Origin: Eledone cirrhosa
Lineage: Eukaryota
Direction: 5' to 3'
Assembly: GCA_964016885.1 (NCBI GenBank)
Contig: OZ024742.1
Coordinates: forward strand, 65,162,001-65,226,000
DNA: 64,000 nucleotides
Part shown: one piece after another, positions 28,005-42,567 of the stretch
Position numbering within the stretch: position 1 is the first letter of the stretch
How the letters are laid out: every line of letters starts with the position of its first letter
Notes under the pieces: generated by a model
The model's database searches: none
What the model saw: the letters and a program-made list of their open reading frames with translations, nothing else
What the model was told of the DNA's origin: nothing
Position numbers and translations under genes: made by a program

Positions 28005-29138
28005 ATATATCATAAATCATGTCCTTAGATAAAATATATACCATTTCCTCTCCCAATTAGCATAATTAACCATATAAAAAATCAATTAGACCAAGCTATA
28101 AGAATAAAGGCTCCTATGAAGAAATTTCCGACAAATAACCGAAAGTGGCCTCTTCGCGGTGGCCCCAATAGAGTATTTATCCAACATTTCAACAGCATGT
28201 AGAAACTGTCTAAATATACCATCAACCATACACAATTAGGTGTAAATTCAAACCTAGAAGAAATGCGTACATACCGTAATTATATCTCTACCATGGTTTC
28301 ATCCGTATTTTTAGACATCCAATTAACAGGAATAGTATATATTTTATCTAATAATTCTAAGGACATGATTTATGATATATTGCTCTGATTATTTAATTTA
28401 TTAATTCTTCATTGAGCCACTACGTGACCGGTTGCAACATATATATCTATGACTTTATGTATATGTAAACCTTTATATTTAATAATCTCCCGTTAGGTTG
28501 AGATACAATTGGGCGATATTTGGCTGCGCTTTCTAGCAACAAGCCTACCCGCCGTAAGCAACTAATCACTTTCTTTCTAACTTGACCACTGCCACGTCAC
28601 GATTCTTAGCCATTTTTGACTATTTTTGGCGCGATCAATTTGGAAAACTAAATGTCTAATTTTGAGTTTGTCTCCTGATGAATCCGATACTCCGGACATA
28701 TCCTGTTAATTAGATGTCTAAAAATACAGATGAAACCATGGTAGATATATAATTACGGTATGTACGCATTTCTTCTAGGTTTGAATTTACACCTAATTGT
28801 GTATGGTTGATGGTATATTTAGACAGTTTCTACATGCTGTTGAAATGTTGGATAAATATACTATATTGGGGCCACCGCGAAGAGGCCACTTTCGGTTATT
28901 TGTCGGAAATTTCTTCATAGGAGCCTTTATTCTTATAGCTTAGTCTAATTGATTTTTTATATGGTTAATTATGCTATTTGGGAGAGGAAATGGTATATAT
29001 TTTATCTAATAATTCTAAGGACATGATTTATGATATATTGCTGTGATTATTTAATTTATTAATTCTTCATTGAGCCACTACGTGACCGGTTGCAACATAT
29101 ATATCTATGACTTTATGTATATGTAAACCTTTATATTT
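28005..29138. mobile_element. PLE pLTR-type remnant: inverted plus direct repeats, with hammerhead
   Basis: IR ~28005-28330/28701-29037; DR ~28334-28480/28993-29138; flanked by (TA)n. Confidence 0.75.
28671..28747 (+). ncRNA. Type I hammerhead ribozyme motif
   Basis: TCTC-CTGATGA-ATCCG-(hairpin)-CAGAT-GAAA-CCATGG-TA-GATA. The inverted copy at 28285-28306 has the fully pairing CGGAT and GAGA. Confidence 0.7.
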
Positions 29139-31406
29139 ATATATATATATATATATATATTTTCGTCTGTAACACTTTAAAATTTACACACAGAATGCAT
29201 TTTCTATGATTAGTTATGTTGCTACATTAAGTTCATTTTTCAATTACAAAGTCCTGGGTTACTGATATATTTTTATCTTTAAATATATCAGTAATCTACA
29301 CAAACTATAGGGTTTCTCTTAAATTTATCAAAAAGCAAATTTCCCAGCTTGTATGATTGTTCACACATCCAGTAATCCTGGCATTTAATGGCATACCAAT
29401 TTTGGATTCCATAGCCGTCGCTGGCCCACTAGTTTAACAAATAGAGATCGATAAAATAAGCAACAGACAAAAGTACTGGAATTGGAACATTAGCTAAAAC
29501 CCTTCTAGGTGGTACCCCATCGTAGTTGAAACCCAAAGCCAGTAAAAGAAATATATATAAAGCAAGAGACAGGTCAGTGCCTAAACTAAAAGATCTATGA
29601 CCAACGGATTTTCAGTTGTGGCCATTTCGTTTCTCCGTAGACAATGCACCCAGGACTAAATTATTCAATGATGTATGGTTTGAAGTACATTTTACCTGTT
29701 ATTTCTAGTCAGTTTAGAGGCTCTCTCATTGGCTCGTATTCAGAAACTAGCTCAATAAATCTGATGTTAAACACTAGATTTAAACCTAAGCAAGGTTTTG
29801 GCAGTTTAAAGGTGATAAAGGCCACTTTACATCACTACAGAATGTAGATAGAATACATTCTATTAGTTTGACTACATACATTCCCAACGAAACATATGCG
29901 TAAGGTATAACAATCAAATTCCACGAAATTGAACTAAAAAAGGATATATTGAAATAAAGAAGCCTGGGAAAAAAACAAAAGATCTGAAAAATACTTGGTG
30001 ACGTAAAGAAAAAAACCGTTAGACGATTGAGGAAGACTGTATGGTCGCTAGTGTTGTTAGTAATAACAATCGCCTGCACATCCTCCTGGCAACCACCAGA
30101 GCATAACTTCTTCAAAAGGCAAACACAAATGGGACAATGTATTCATAGATACACTACATCTGAAACAAATGTGGTAATGATTGTTGGACGGTCGCTGCAG
30201 TTGCTCGACATGCAAAAAATAGTAGCAAAAATATCCCTGAAACCACACTATCACCTTCAAAAAAAGATAACATCTTCGATGCATTTTATAAGAATATGTT
30301 ACTACCTTCTTGTGTGCACCATCTGTCCACTACTCCCGAGGTCTATGCGAGAAGGATCGTATTCAGGTTATAGTTTCTGTATTGCTTTAATCAGTTTGGT
30401 TGCATGGTTAGAAGTTGCCTTTAGTCAGCGTTTAGTTACGATAAAGTACTTTGGTACTAGTGTTCCTAAAGATACCAGTTCTGATATAACTGCTATACTA
30501 TGCGTCCTGAAGCCACTGTGCACTCCAAGATTTTGTCTATAGTCATAAAGTCTTTAAGATGTCTCTCCTCATTTCCAACTATACGAATCATTCAGCCTCC
30601 ACTATACCACTGATGTGATGTGCTCGTTTGTAAGTATGTGGTCTGTCTATCTGAATGGTTTGTTTTGTATTAATTCAAAGTTATTCATGTTTTTCAAGCA
30701 TTCAGGCATTAGAGCTGCAAATAAGCAAATAAAAATAGCTCGTCGGATTTATTACACGATGTGGTTCCCTCGTCGACTCGTGTGTGTATGTCCAAAAAAA
30801 TCATATGCGACTAAATTATCCAATGTGTCTATTATTAAAAATGTGTTGGTAGTTTCTAGCAGATCAAACGATTACGTAACATCAGCCTCGCTGACTTGTA
30901 TTACTAATAAATGACAATGCTAGTAAACATCTGATATACTTATAAAGTAATTTTAACCAAATATCTTTTTTAAAAAATGTCAATTTTTATCAAGTTCTTC
31001 AGGTAGAATAATTTAGCACCGAGCAAAATAATGAAAGAAATGTGCACGTTCACTTTCTATAATGAAAATAACGCGAGTAGTGTCAATGTTAATATACTCT
31101 TGCACAATATTCAAATTGACCTGGTACACAAATGCAATAAAACCGCATTTAAAATTTTACAGAAACGTTATTTCACGATATCGTTTTTTTTTTAATGTTT
31201 TCAAATGAGACGGTGACATAAATATATTTACTTTGCGTTTGTAATTATATTTTCATCCTCCAAAGATTGAAACATCATTTTATTATGGAATAGATATACA
31301 TTTCATTATTTTGCTCAGTTATTTTCCTGATTGTTTTCTAAAATGCAGCTGAGAACTTAACATTTTCCACACACGTACGCATACAGTGACAAGGAAGCCT
31401 CTATGC

Positions 31407-31898
31407 CAGTGGTCCTAGACCCCTATAGTAATCTAATGTTTAAAAAAAATCCTATTGTATTTTTTTTTAATTCAGTTTGAACTTAACTCAAAGGGTGTGT
31501 GTGTGTTAAACTGTAAAATGATTGTTTCTCAATACAAAAAACATCAATTATTTAAATCTAAAAGATATATGGAGAGAAAGAAGCATATATAAAGCAAATA
31601 ATATACAAACTTTAAGATGGTGAAAAAATTACTTTTTACCATCTTCAAGTTTGTATATTAGTCGTACCAGAATTGTGTCACCAATTTTCCCGGAGGACAT
31701 TGGCTAGCATTGCTTCGTGTAAGCTTGACTGATCACTACTTAGCCATCAACACCAATATATAGGCGTTATAATTTTATTGCCAGTTGTATAAACATATAA
31801 ATAACATTTAGTAAGATGTAGTAAATTGTTTTTGTATTATTTCTCTAAGATATTTAAAAACAAAAAAGTTTTTCATGGACCCCGGTTGAGAACCACTG
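31407..31898. mobile_element. hAT-type non-autonomous element
   Basis: Termini CAGTGGTCCTAGACCCC / CCCCGGTTGAGAACCACTG; degenerate 8-bp TSD CTCTATGC / CTCTACGG; internal hairpin at 31600-31660. Confidence 0.6.
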
Positions 31899-34800
31899 CT
31901 CTACGGGGTTGGCCAACGAGCTTGAAATAGCGGGCAAATCTCTCATAAATTACACCTTACTAAATTAAAAAGACATACAAAAGACGGAGATGATCATACT
32001 GGAATGCTTTTGATCAATGATAGCCTAGGGCTAAAAACCATCTTTATAAAGACGTTTGAAAATTCCAGAAAATCATAATCTCACCATTATCTTTGTTTAA
32101 TTGAGACTATTAAGAGTATTAATGGAAAAGGAACAAATTTATAGCTCCTAATAGAAATGAAATGAAATGAAATGCAAACACAAATATTGCAGAAAAAATT
32201 ATTTCCTCGGGTTGTGGATTGTTAAAATACTATAAAATGGAGTACACTTAACCAAGAAAAATTATGATAAATTGTTAATTCTATAACAGAGACTAAGCGA
32301 GGCGAGCAATCAAACGCCAGTAGTGCATATTTAATCTCGCTTATTACATTGGCGAGATAAAAGAAAAGAAATAAAATTTAGTGAAGTTTTCTTAGTGAAA
32401 TAAACCTAAAGACCACCGACTGACTTTCCAGCCAATGAGGGAAGTTCGAATAAAAAGAGCACTTAACTTTTCTATATTTTATTGTTTTCAAAAGTATTTA
32501 CAAAAAAAAGTGTGTGGGAGGAGGGGGGGTTAGACGTGGTTGCAACTGCCGGACAGGATGGCGAAAGCATTACCAAAGAGGTGGGTCAGCTAGCGATGTG
32601 TATCGCTAGCTGCTATTCCACCTTACAGGGCTCTTTCTTCATGGTCGATGCCATCTTAATTGGAAAAGAGAAAAGCAGCGGTTCGCGGAACAAGGACATT
32701 GGGTATCGATGACAACCGGTACAAAAAGGAAACGGCAAGTAAATGTCAAAATTATTTATTTTAACCATTGCAGATTACGATTTTGCAAACCAAATTCTCA
32801 AAATCTCATCCCACCAGTATTTTTCCAGATGTCTTTTTTTAAATATCGAGTGAAATAAAAGTAATATGTATTCAATAAAAGTTTCTAATTTAGGTACAAG
32901 CCCACAATACTGATCCCAGTACTTGACTCGTACGCTATTTTATCAAATCCGGAAGGATGAAAGGCAAAGTAGACCGTGACAGGATTTGAACTCAGAACGT
33001 AAAGGACCTTAACAAAATACCACGAAACAATTTGTTCGACTCGACCAATTCTACCTTGCTTGTGATATAGAGGGAAGAGGTACAACTTGCACAAAAAATT
33101 GTTTATAAAGGATATAGAGGCCGTGCATTCAACAATCACACTGCATATACCCCGTCGTCTTGCATCTTTGCTTGTCACATTTATCACCAGAATACATTTT
33201 CCACTGCATGTGGTTTCAGTCATTGAACTGGAGTAATGCGATAGAAAAATATAAGTTCAAAAAGAGAGGAAAAAAAAAGAGGGAGTGTGGCATATATATA
33301 TTTTGCAAATTAATAATTTCATAGTAGAAATTCGAAAAATAAGAAACAGCTGTGGCCGCTTAAGTGCCGTACTTATTTTGAATCTCCGCTCAATTAACAG
33401 GGAAGCGTATATGTGGCTATTTGATGTGCTAGAAAATGTCAAAATATCCTTGAAATACTTTCCTACTGTCTTAAAAAAAAAGGATATTTAATAATGAGAT
33501 CCTAGATACACTAGGTCTGATAGAACAGCATTGATCACGTGTGCTCGATCAGAGCTGACCTGGGGGCTAAACAATAATACGAAACACCACACTCTTTGAA
33601 GATATTCCGAACCAATAAGGTTCTAATTTTAGCATTGATCATAACTGACAATGGCCTTACTACCATGTAGTACTCTTTGAAATGAAAGAGAAAGAAATAA
33701 CAGTAGTATTTTTCTTCTTGTCAAGGTTTGCTCCCTTCTGAACCATCTTTGTGCGTCCATCAAATACCTCCCAGGTCTATCGCCAGGATTTTACAACATG
33801 AAATGGTACGACAATATATTTTTCGAAGCGGCCTTCTGCCTATGACCTAAACACGTCCCTTGTTCACCTGCGTGAAGGACGATGCGATATGATTCTTTTT
33901 GTTACTTCTTACCAGATTGCAGTTTTGGTGGTTATATTTGCGCCAGTCACTTTCTCAGACCCGCGAAGACTAGGCTTTTATTTGCATAGCTACTTGACAA
34001 GGTTGTGAGGGTTTTTTTTTTTTGGAAGCTAAAGGTGTCATCCATTGCTCCACCTCCCCTCATAGTTTACCGCTGATCTGGGGGTTGCTTATTCGACTGG
34101 TAGACAGGGTTGGACCCGGAGTACTTCAAGGTTTTTATACACAAAAAATTAGAATACGCAGCCCCCCCCCCCCCATTTTACATATCAAAGTAAAGTTAGC
34201 TTGGCGCAAGTAATTGGAATTGAAAGTTATACATACTGGTATTAAATTCAAAAATTCTAACCATACTAAAACTCAAAAGCTTAGCTGAGAACACAAATAA
34301 ATTCCTACAGTCGTCGTTAGTGTCCCCGGGACATTTGAAACCCATTAAATCCGGTCCTATCGGTAGGTACCCGCTTATATCGCAACCAATCACATCTGGT
34401 GGCCATATGGCTATCCTCCACTCGTTCTCTAGCAGAACAGCTCTGCTGAAAAGTGTATGTATTTTCTATCTTCTGAATTTCATGTCAAAATGCAATGATA
34501 AAAAAAAATAAAGAGGCTTTTGTAGGGTCGTTCGACATGTTAGAAATAGCAGCCACACTTCTTTCAAATCACACTCTACCACTTTAAAAAAAGAGGGGAC
34601 ACGTTATATGTGGTCCTAGATACATTGACTAAAATTTGAAAAAGCTAACATCATAAAATGAGGGATATTAAATACTGCGAGCAAAATAAAAATTCGTAAT
34701 TGAAATTTCCCTCTGTTGGAAAAAGTAAACAATAACCTAGCGGTAGTTGTTAACAACTCTCAAAAGTAAGAGGAGATAATTTTCTACAAATTAAGTTACC

Positions 34801-37800
34801 TTTGAGAGATTAATTCTTAATTTCTTCAAATTATCTCCTCTTTTCTTTGAGAATCGTAAACAATTGTTTTATTTTTCCTAAGGGAGGAAAATTAAATTAA
34901 TTGAAACTATTTTGTTTACATCAATTAGTGCATCACCTCTTAACTGAATTATCCTACTTGATCAGACTTGACTTAGAACAACAATTTACTAGCATAGTTC
35001 AATCTCTACAAAGAATACTCCACCGAAATTAGAATCTACTAAAACGACAGCGGGCTAACAAGGGAACAGCTACGTGGTTGCTTAACCTGCTAGAAATAGA
35101 AGCCAACCAATCCCTCTGCTGAACTGAAGTTCAACGACAGTGGCAGTTTACAAGCACTAAGACCACGCGCACAATTCAAATAACGGTAGAGGTTTGTAGT
35201 GACATTGAAAGAAACGGTAGAGCAACAGGAAAAGATTGTATTAAAAATTACGGTAAATCGAAGACTTGACTTGTGGTATTTTTTCCACATTTTGAGTTCA
35301 AATCCTAGAAATAAGTCTCCATTCGATAAAAGTGTAAATGAAATACTACGATAGATTTAATCGACTAACTCATCTTCCTCAAATGCTTGGCCTTGTGCAT
35401 TAGCAGAATCGTTAAAGTGTCTGACAAACTTCTTTTCTCTTTACGTCCAAAGTTCAAATACAGCCGGGGTCAATTTTAACTTTCATCCTGCCAACATGGA
35501 TAAAGTACCAGTTAAGTACTGGAGTCATTATAATCAACCTTCCATTTCCCTCAAGTTGCTGGCCTTATGTCAATATTAGAAAAAATACTATTATTAATAA
35601 TACGACTACCATCGCTTAGAGGTGGCGATGGTAGCGGCAATACGTGAGTGGCGTCAGCACTGCTTTCTAATTAGCTTCTATAAATAGACATTTGAGGAAC
35701 TCGAGTGACGTCAGTAAGGGGGGTGATGGAAAACTGATGTTGTGGCGTTCGTCTCTCTATTATTGTCTGTTTATTTTGTTTATTATTTTAAATTTAGACA
35801 CATGAACAAACTTATTGATTATTGGCTAGTGCTATCAGGATTCGAAATCGGCGCGCTTAGTCTCAGTAAAAATACGAAGATGTAGATTATTTTATTTATT
35901 TATGGAGTGAAGAAAAAGTATATGTATGAATGTAGAAACATGACCAGGCTGTTGACAGATGGAGATATATAGGAAGTTTACAGTACACAACAACAGCAGC
36001 AGCAACTATAGTAATAACAATAACAAAAACAAGCAGCTGAAACAATGAGCCAACGAAAGCTCCTCAAAACTTTTGCCCCTTCATTGACCTCAGGCATATG
36101 CAATAATAAATAAACCAGTAAACAGAATTTTTTTTTTTAAATAGACAATAAAAACTAATTATATATAAATCTGAAACATATCAGCAAATATTTTATTGTA
36201 CTATTTTATCTATTTTCGTCTCTTATACAGAAGTCAAGCTTTGGCTCAAAATTTCAATCAATCCTCTAGACAGTCCCATCGATCACTTTGGGGGCTCCAG
36301 CTAGAAATAACAGTCAAATTCCCTTGCAAAAAATTAAGACATTGTATAAATATTAAAAAAAAAAAAATTGTTACACCTACAACCCCTCGATCATAAGTCT
36401 TATTATTGCGGCCAACATTGGATTAAACAAACAAAAAACATATACCCACTAACACAATGGATCACAGTCGGTTTCAACGATCAAGAATTCCAGTTGTTCG
36501 ATTGATTGAACTGTTAAATGTGGCTGCGCGTTCCACAAACATATACACTTAACGTTATTCTCAATCACAATCGTCGTAACTATATATGACGACTAATGTA
36601 CCCCTGAATTTTACAGGGACTGTCTAGCCCATCAGATGAACTTCGAAAAAGTTTCCGTTTATTTACATAATTTAATTCACAAGGCTTGATCAAGTCAACA
36701 CACGAGATTTCATGATTGCCAAATTGTTAAGTCTTCGGCCATTTCTGAAGTAACAACATAACTAACATTACTAACAGTAACACCACCACAAAGAACATCA
36801 CCAGCGAAACGCTCACACCACCACGTTGTTTATACTAACACTTTTGATCTCATAATAAAGCAAGAACTTATAAAAACTACAACAAAAATCAACACCAAGC
36901 GTAATATAAAGTAATCAGCAAGTTTATAAAAGCTCTAAAATGAACACCACCATTAACACTACAAAGTATACCATTTTCACTACGTCACAGTACCACAACT
37001 GTAGCGAAAGTAAATTATTTCATAAAAACGCTACTAGATAATAATTCTACCAACTACTATCACAACCACCATTATAATTCTACAATACAACCGCCATCAG
37101 AACAAATACTACCCCAGCATCACTACACCACATGAACAGAGCAACAGTTTATAAATGAAAAAAAAAAAAATAAATAAAATGTTCTGAGATTCTTGTATCA
37201 AGGCGTCTTACCATTATATCATTATCGTCATCATCATCATCATAGATTCTGATTGGCATGGCTAAATTAGCAGTAGTAGTTGTAGTACCACTACTATTAC
37301 TCCCTCCACTACAGCTCGATAATGGGTAGTTCCTGAGTTTAGAAGGTGATTCTTTAGCTCCGACCCTCATCTCTCGCTACAACAGCGAAACTTTAAGTTT
37401 CGTGATGTAGAGCGACACCTAGCATTGAGGTGCGGTACGACTAAAGTTCTGGCACCCCCTCACCCTCGTTATCCTTTAGTGAAGGGGCCCATCTCCCACG
37501 TCACGTTATTCTCATACTCTCACTACTTTATCATCCCTCTCATACATCACTTATCCTCTCTCTCTCACTAGTCGTTCCCTTACGTTTTAATCTACTTCCT
37601 TCTCTCTCTCGAAAAGAGACCAAGCAGCTCCTTTCCCTACTACACATACATCAAGTTTCGCCTTTTCTCTTATGTCGTCCCTATTTCACTCTTTAGAGTC
37701 TAGTAAATAGAAAGACACTTGATGCTGAGAACTCCCCCCCCCCCCGCCCCAACATACACAACTTCCAGCTTAACAACCTCTCTCTCTTATACTCTTAAAC

Positions 37801-39490
37801 GTGTGAATAGAAGAAAGACACTAGCTCTTGAGTGAGAACTTCTTGCCCTCTCACTCTTTCCTTACTGAAAATATAAATCACGAAACGAAGGAAGCGACTT
37901 CTCATCTTTCTCGTTGAATATACAAAGAAAATACTAGATCTTTAATATGAGAGAAGAAGCCTCTACTGCCACCCCAATAAATTTTCGTCCCTCTCTTCCC
38001 GAGTCACAGATAGGTAAGTAGAGCACTATCAGCGAATACAATAGACAAAGCAGAATACAATAGACAAAGATAAATAAAGTAGTTCTCCCTTTCTTATATA
38101 GACGGTAGTAGGGAAAGGGAAAGGCTACGTTTTTAGTCCAGACTGAGCATCTTGTGGTTGTTTACTTCCTCATTCATTCTCGTATCTACAGATAATAAAG
38201 CAAAAATATTCTTGAGAGAACTTAATCCTTCATTTCCTTTCTACACTCACTCCCGTGAAATGATATCAAACAAGTCTAAGGAGATTCATTACTCCTTTGT
38301 CTCTGGTGAACAAACTTATCTATTCACCAGTGTAGTTATTTATCTATCTTTCTGGCTATCAATCTATTTATCTAACTATTAAATTAGTTTATCCAACGAG
38401 ATATATATTCGAAGAGTCTATTAGTTTATCCAAGTAAAATTCGAGGAAACTTGTGATGGTCAGTTTGTGTCTTTATGGCGCAAATTTAAAAAAAGCGGTT
38501 ATAGGGAATTGAATTGTTACAGTATAGGGAAATTATCAGAGAGGGGAGATGTACAGAGATAAATAAAGTGAAATAAGTAGATATGGAGGATAAGGAAGAT
38601 TTCAGTCGTGTCAAGGGTTTTTTGTAAGTATGGCTGTGTGTTAGAGAGAAAAGCAAATAAAAATAGTATATAGTAAAAGAGAGGTGGGGTAAATTATTTC
38701 CTTCTAGAGGAGCGTAGAGAGGTTAAATCAACAACACGTCGATGGTATGGGAAGGGTTAAATGTGTGTGTTAGACAGGTAAGTGTATGATAAAATCTGTT
38801 TATATAAGAAAATGAGTATGTGGTACCAGTGTTGTATGTGTGTGTGTGAAAGAAGTGATTTATGTATGTGTATACGTGTGAACAACTTGAAGAAAAGGGG
38901 AGACTATGAAAGTAAAACAACGATAAACAGTAGATACATACAATTGACAAAGAAGAAAAGTTGACTTTTCGGGTAGATCCCTTCATCTGTTTTGAGTTGT
39001 CACCCTCGATTTTGTTTTTTAAAGGGCTATTCAACAATGCTTACCTCTCATAGTTTCGATTAATTAAAGCTACTACATTAAATGTGTTAATACTTCTTTC
39101 CATTAATAGATGTATGAATGTGTATGCAAAACAGGGAGCGGCTCATAACTGGAAAGTGTGTATGCAGGCGTGCAGATAAATTCGTATATCGAGGAAAGAC
39201 AAGGACTACAACGTTTCCTATCTGTTCTTTCGTCTGGGAGAGAAATATTAAAATAGTACTAAAAATATATATAATTTAGAAGGTGGAAGGGCTGTAACCA
39301 TTTGAAATGCGAGACGAGGGGGGAGTCCCGAAACGTAGGTTTCCCAGATTCACGAACTTCTGTGCAATGTTGGCTGACGCAGGCAATAGTTAGTTTCCTC
39401 GGACTTGACTGTCTCTTTCCTCTCTCACACACTATGTAGATGGGAAAAGGAAAAAGGAAAACAGTGCTCAATCCAGAAGACAGCAGAAAT

Positions 39491-39642
39491 ATATTATTTA
39501 TTTATGTTCATACATGGAACAACGGCGCCTACATGAAGAAAGGTCACTATTTTGATGCCTCTTGTTTTCTGGAGGTATGGTCAAAACTGGGCCTTGAAAC
39601 TTTGGGTAGCGCCATTGTCCCGTGTATGAACATAAATAATAT
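39491..39642 (+). ncRNA. Long hairpin enclosing a degenerate hammerhead-like core
   Basis: ~35-bp outer IR; ATGAAGA-AAGG...CCTT-GAAA-CTTTGGG-TA-GCGCC pairing with upstream GGCGC. Confidence 0.45.
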
Positions 39643-39812
39643 AAATATATATACTTATTAGCTAGTTAATCAATAGGAGCATCACACGGCAATGTCAATT
39701 AAAAAAAAGTGAACATACAGCGTGTGGTTTTATTGGAGACATTTTAATTTCGCTGTGCAAAGTAAACCCTACAGATATATCACAGGTTTTTCCCTGCAAA
39801 CTGAAAAGGCGA

Positions 39813-39857
39813 CGGTTGGACTAGTTTCAGTATTTATTACTGCTTCATCAGAGACCG
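39813..39857 (-). ncRNA. Minimal type I hammerhead ribozyme motif
   Basis: CGGTCT-CTGATGA-AGCAGTA-ATAAA-TACT-GAAA-CTAG-TC-CAACCG, with palindromic stem III ACTAGT. Confidence 0.65.
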
Positions 39858-39882
39858 ATGGCTCACTTCATATTCACAGAGA

Positions 39883-40079
39883 TAATAATTGTTTCTACTT
39901 TAGGCACAAGGCCAGCAATTATACCAGTGCATTACTGGTACTTTATTTTATCGACCCCGTAAGGATGAAAGGCAAAGTTAACCTCGGCGGGATTTGAACT
40001 TAGAATGGCAAGGGCCGTAACTCTATGCGTCAAAGCATGGCATCCAACCCTCTACCGATACTGCCAACCCACCGCCCTC
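39883..40079 (-). mobile_element. SINE family B, full length with TSD
   Basis: Head GGGCGGTGGGTTGGCAGTATCGGTAGAG, box B AAGTTCAAATCC, core GCCTTTCATCCTTACGGGGTCGATAAA; TSD AGATAATAAT at 39880 and 40080. Confidence 0.88.
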
Positions 40080-40611
40080 AGATAATAATGAATTTGAACT
40101 CAGATAATAATGTACTTTAAACTCTGACATAACTAAGTTGGTCCAGCTAATATATATATATATATAACATTGCAAGCCGTAGGAACGAAAGTGAATTAAC
40201 AGGAGCATAAGTAGTGAAATGATAATTAAAAATGCAAGGGGTGAATAAGTTAATACTGGGCAAGGGAATAGTCAATTGCATCGATCTGTTCTTGGCTAAT
40301 GATTATTTTAGAAAGATCGGGAAGATATATGCAAAAGTCGACCTCAGTTGGATTCAAACGCTGAATTTAAAAAGATAGAACTAAATACAATTTCTAAAAG
40401 GGTATATGTATTTTTATTTACACAAATGTATATTTATTTACACAAATAGAGGCATTTATTTGATAGGTATGTTCAATAAAATGTACAGACAAAGAAAGCA
40501 ATATTGGAAAGGACTATAAATGCTATGAGAGGAAAAGGAAAAAGCAAGGACTAATAGACAACAACGGAAGAAAGAAAGGAGGCTGGGGAGAGGATGACAG
40601 ACTCTTCACAT

Positions 40612-40998
40612 AGGTAAGAGAGGTGTTTCAGTCGCTTCCCGCGGACAATCATTGCAACAGCCACCCCATCTTGCGAGGCTCCTTCCTCAAACGGGCTATT
40701 GTCATTCCGAATTTTCTAAGAACGCCAGAGGTCTCGACGACAACCGATGCAAAGAGGAAGCGACCAGACAAGCCCCGGTATTTGTTTTGTCTTCCTGTTC
40801 TCTGCATTGTGGGTTGCGGTACCGGGGTCTATGATAGAAGCGAATAAGTTTGAGATGGAGAACGTGTCACAGCATGTCGCGTCCCAGATGAGGGATTTAC
40901 CTCCTTCGAATGGGAAGAAGGTAATTTCGTCAGGGTGCTTGCCGTCTCCACGGTCGAGTCCTGCTGACACCAGATGTGATGGTAAGCCGGCTGCAAAA
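40612..40998 (-). mobile_element. CRE-like non-LTR retrotransposon RLE fragment (second, diverged copy)
   Basis: GLDRGDGKHPDEITFFPFEGGKSLIWDATCCDTF; homologous to 10660-11075. Confidence 0.75.
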
Positions 40999-41322
40999 TA
41001 AATACAAAACCTGATATTTTGTGAAATATATTCTATTAAATTAATTGATGTTTAATATATTGCTTTGGAAAAATGAAAATAAAGTACTTGACTGGTATTT
41101 TATTTCATCGAGGAAAAGTTTATTTCCGTTTGAAATAATTGCTTTATTAACTTTTTAAAATATTTGTTGAAGACCAGAAATTCAGGGAGGAGTGTTATTG
41201 TGGATTTAAACTAAATACTATTTTATTCTAGTATTTATTTTACCAACCTTGAAAGAATGAAAAGCAATAATCGAACTTCATTATTTTATAGCCAGTCAAC
41301 CAGCCAACCAACAGGATTTGAA

Positions 41323-41613
41323 ATAATTGTTTCTACTTTTGGCACAAGGCCAGCAATTATTCCATTGTATTACTGGTACTTTATTTTATTGACCTCGTAA
41401 GGATGAAAGGCAAAGTTAACCTTGGCGGGATTTGAACTCAGTCCTTAAACTGAGCTGCAAAGCATGGCGACCGACCCTCCACCGATACTGCCAATCCATC
41501 GCCCTCAGGATTTGAAATAATTGTTTCTACTTTAGGCACAAGGCCAGCAATTACCCAGTGCATTACTGGTACTTTATTTTATCGACCCCGTAAGGATGAA
41601 AGGCAAAGTCAAC
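41323..41613 (-). mobile_element. Two tandem SINE family B copies
   Basis: 41323-41507 near full length with TSD CAGGATTTGAAATAATT; 41516-41613 partial. Confidence 0.85.
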
Positions 41614-42325
41614 TAAATAGTAACAGATGGAGAGACATTTGAGAAGAGGGTGTATAATGGGTTAATCTACTCCAGGCACTTGATCAGTCCTTGTTTTATC
41701 GACAGAACAGCAGGGAGAAGTGGTATAAAATATATTCAAAGCAATATAATGAGGTGGTGGTGGTGGTACGACGGAGAAGACGAAGTGTATAAATTCAGAT
41801 TTCTAGGAACTAACAGTTAGAAAAGAGAATGGTCCCTTCTCAGATTTCATCTCTTTACTTGGTTGGCCTTGTTTCTTCTAATCGCTGACGATTTTTTTTT
41901 TCTTTTTGGAGAGGGTGGTATGAATAAACACGTATACATCAGATATATTTTCCTTTTTTTTTCTTCATCTATCTACCATGCCGGAGAAATGAGTTCTTTT
42001 ACAGCATACATACACAAGTTGTTCGTCCTAAATATACACATTTTAAATATGTAGACATGTCAGCAAACCAGAAAATACGAATTACCCTGTAAATTAAAAT
42101 AATGATAAACACCTTTAATTTTCAGATCTAATTGGATCCTCATTATAAAGTGTGTTTATCATCCAATCAACCACAAGGAAACATGTATTTGATGGGTATA
42201 TACCCATTCACTCCTAGTATTTTTCTGAAAATTAGCGCTCGGGTTGGTAATTAAGATATATATTAAGTAATGTGCTAGCAGCCGAAGTGTACGATTATAT
42301 ATATATATAATGGCCAAATAGAGAG

Positions 42326-42375
42326 TCTTGTTACTCTGGAGTTTCACCTGCGCGTTCGCATGATCATCAGATAGG
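42326..42375 (-). ncRNA. Degenerate hammerhead motif within an inverted repeat (~42281-42442)
   Basis: CTGATGA-TCATGCG-AACG-CGCAGGT-GAAA-CTC-CA-GAG-TA. Confidence 0.55.
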
Positions 42376-42567
42376 CGAAGCTCCAGATTAACAAGACTTA
42401 CTACTTAGCCATAATAAATGAACATTTAAACTGTACTTCGGTATCGAGTACTCTTTTCTCTCGTTCATCAACTACATACGGAAATTATATATATATATAT
42501 TATATATATATATATATATATGATATATTAAAAAATGGAAACTATATTTATAAAACCATATTTATTT

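Noticed and set aside
30027-30542. 171-aa ORF with a signal-peptide-like start
   Set aside because: Non-ATG start, no recognisable motif or splice support; likely chance or a decayed repeat
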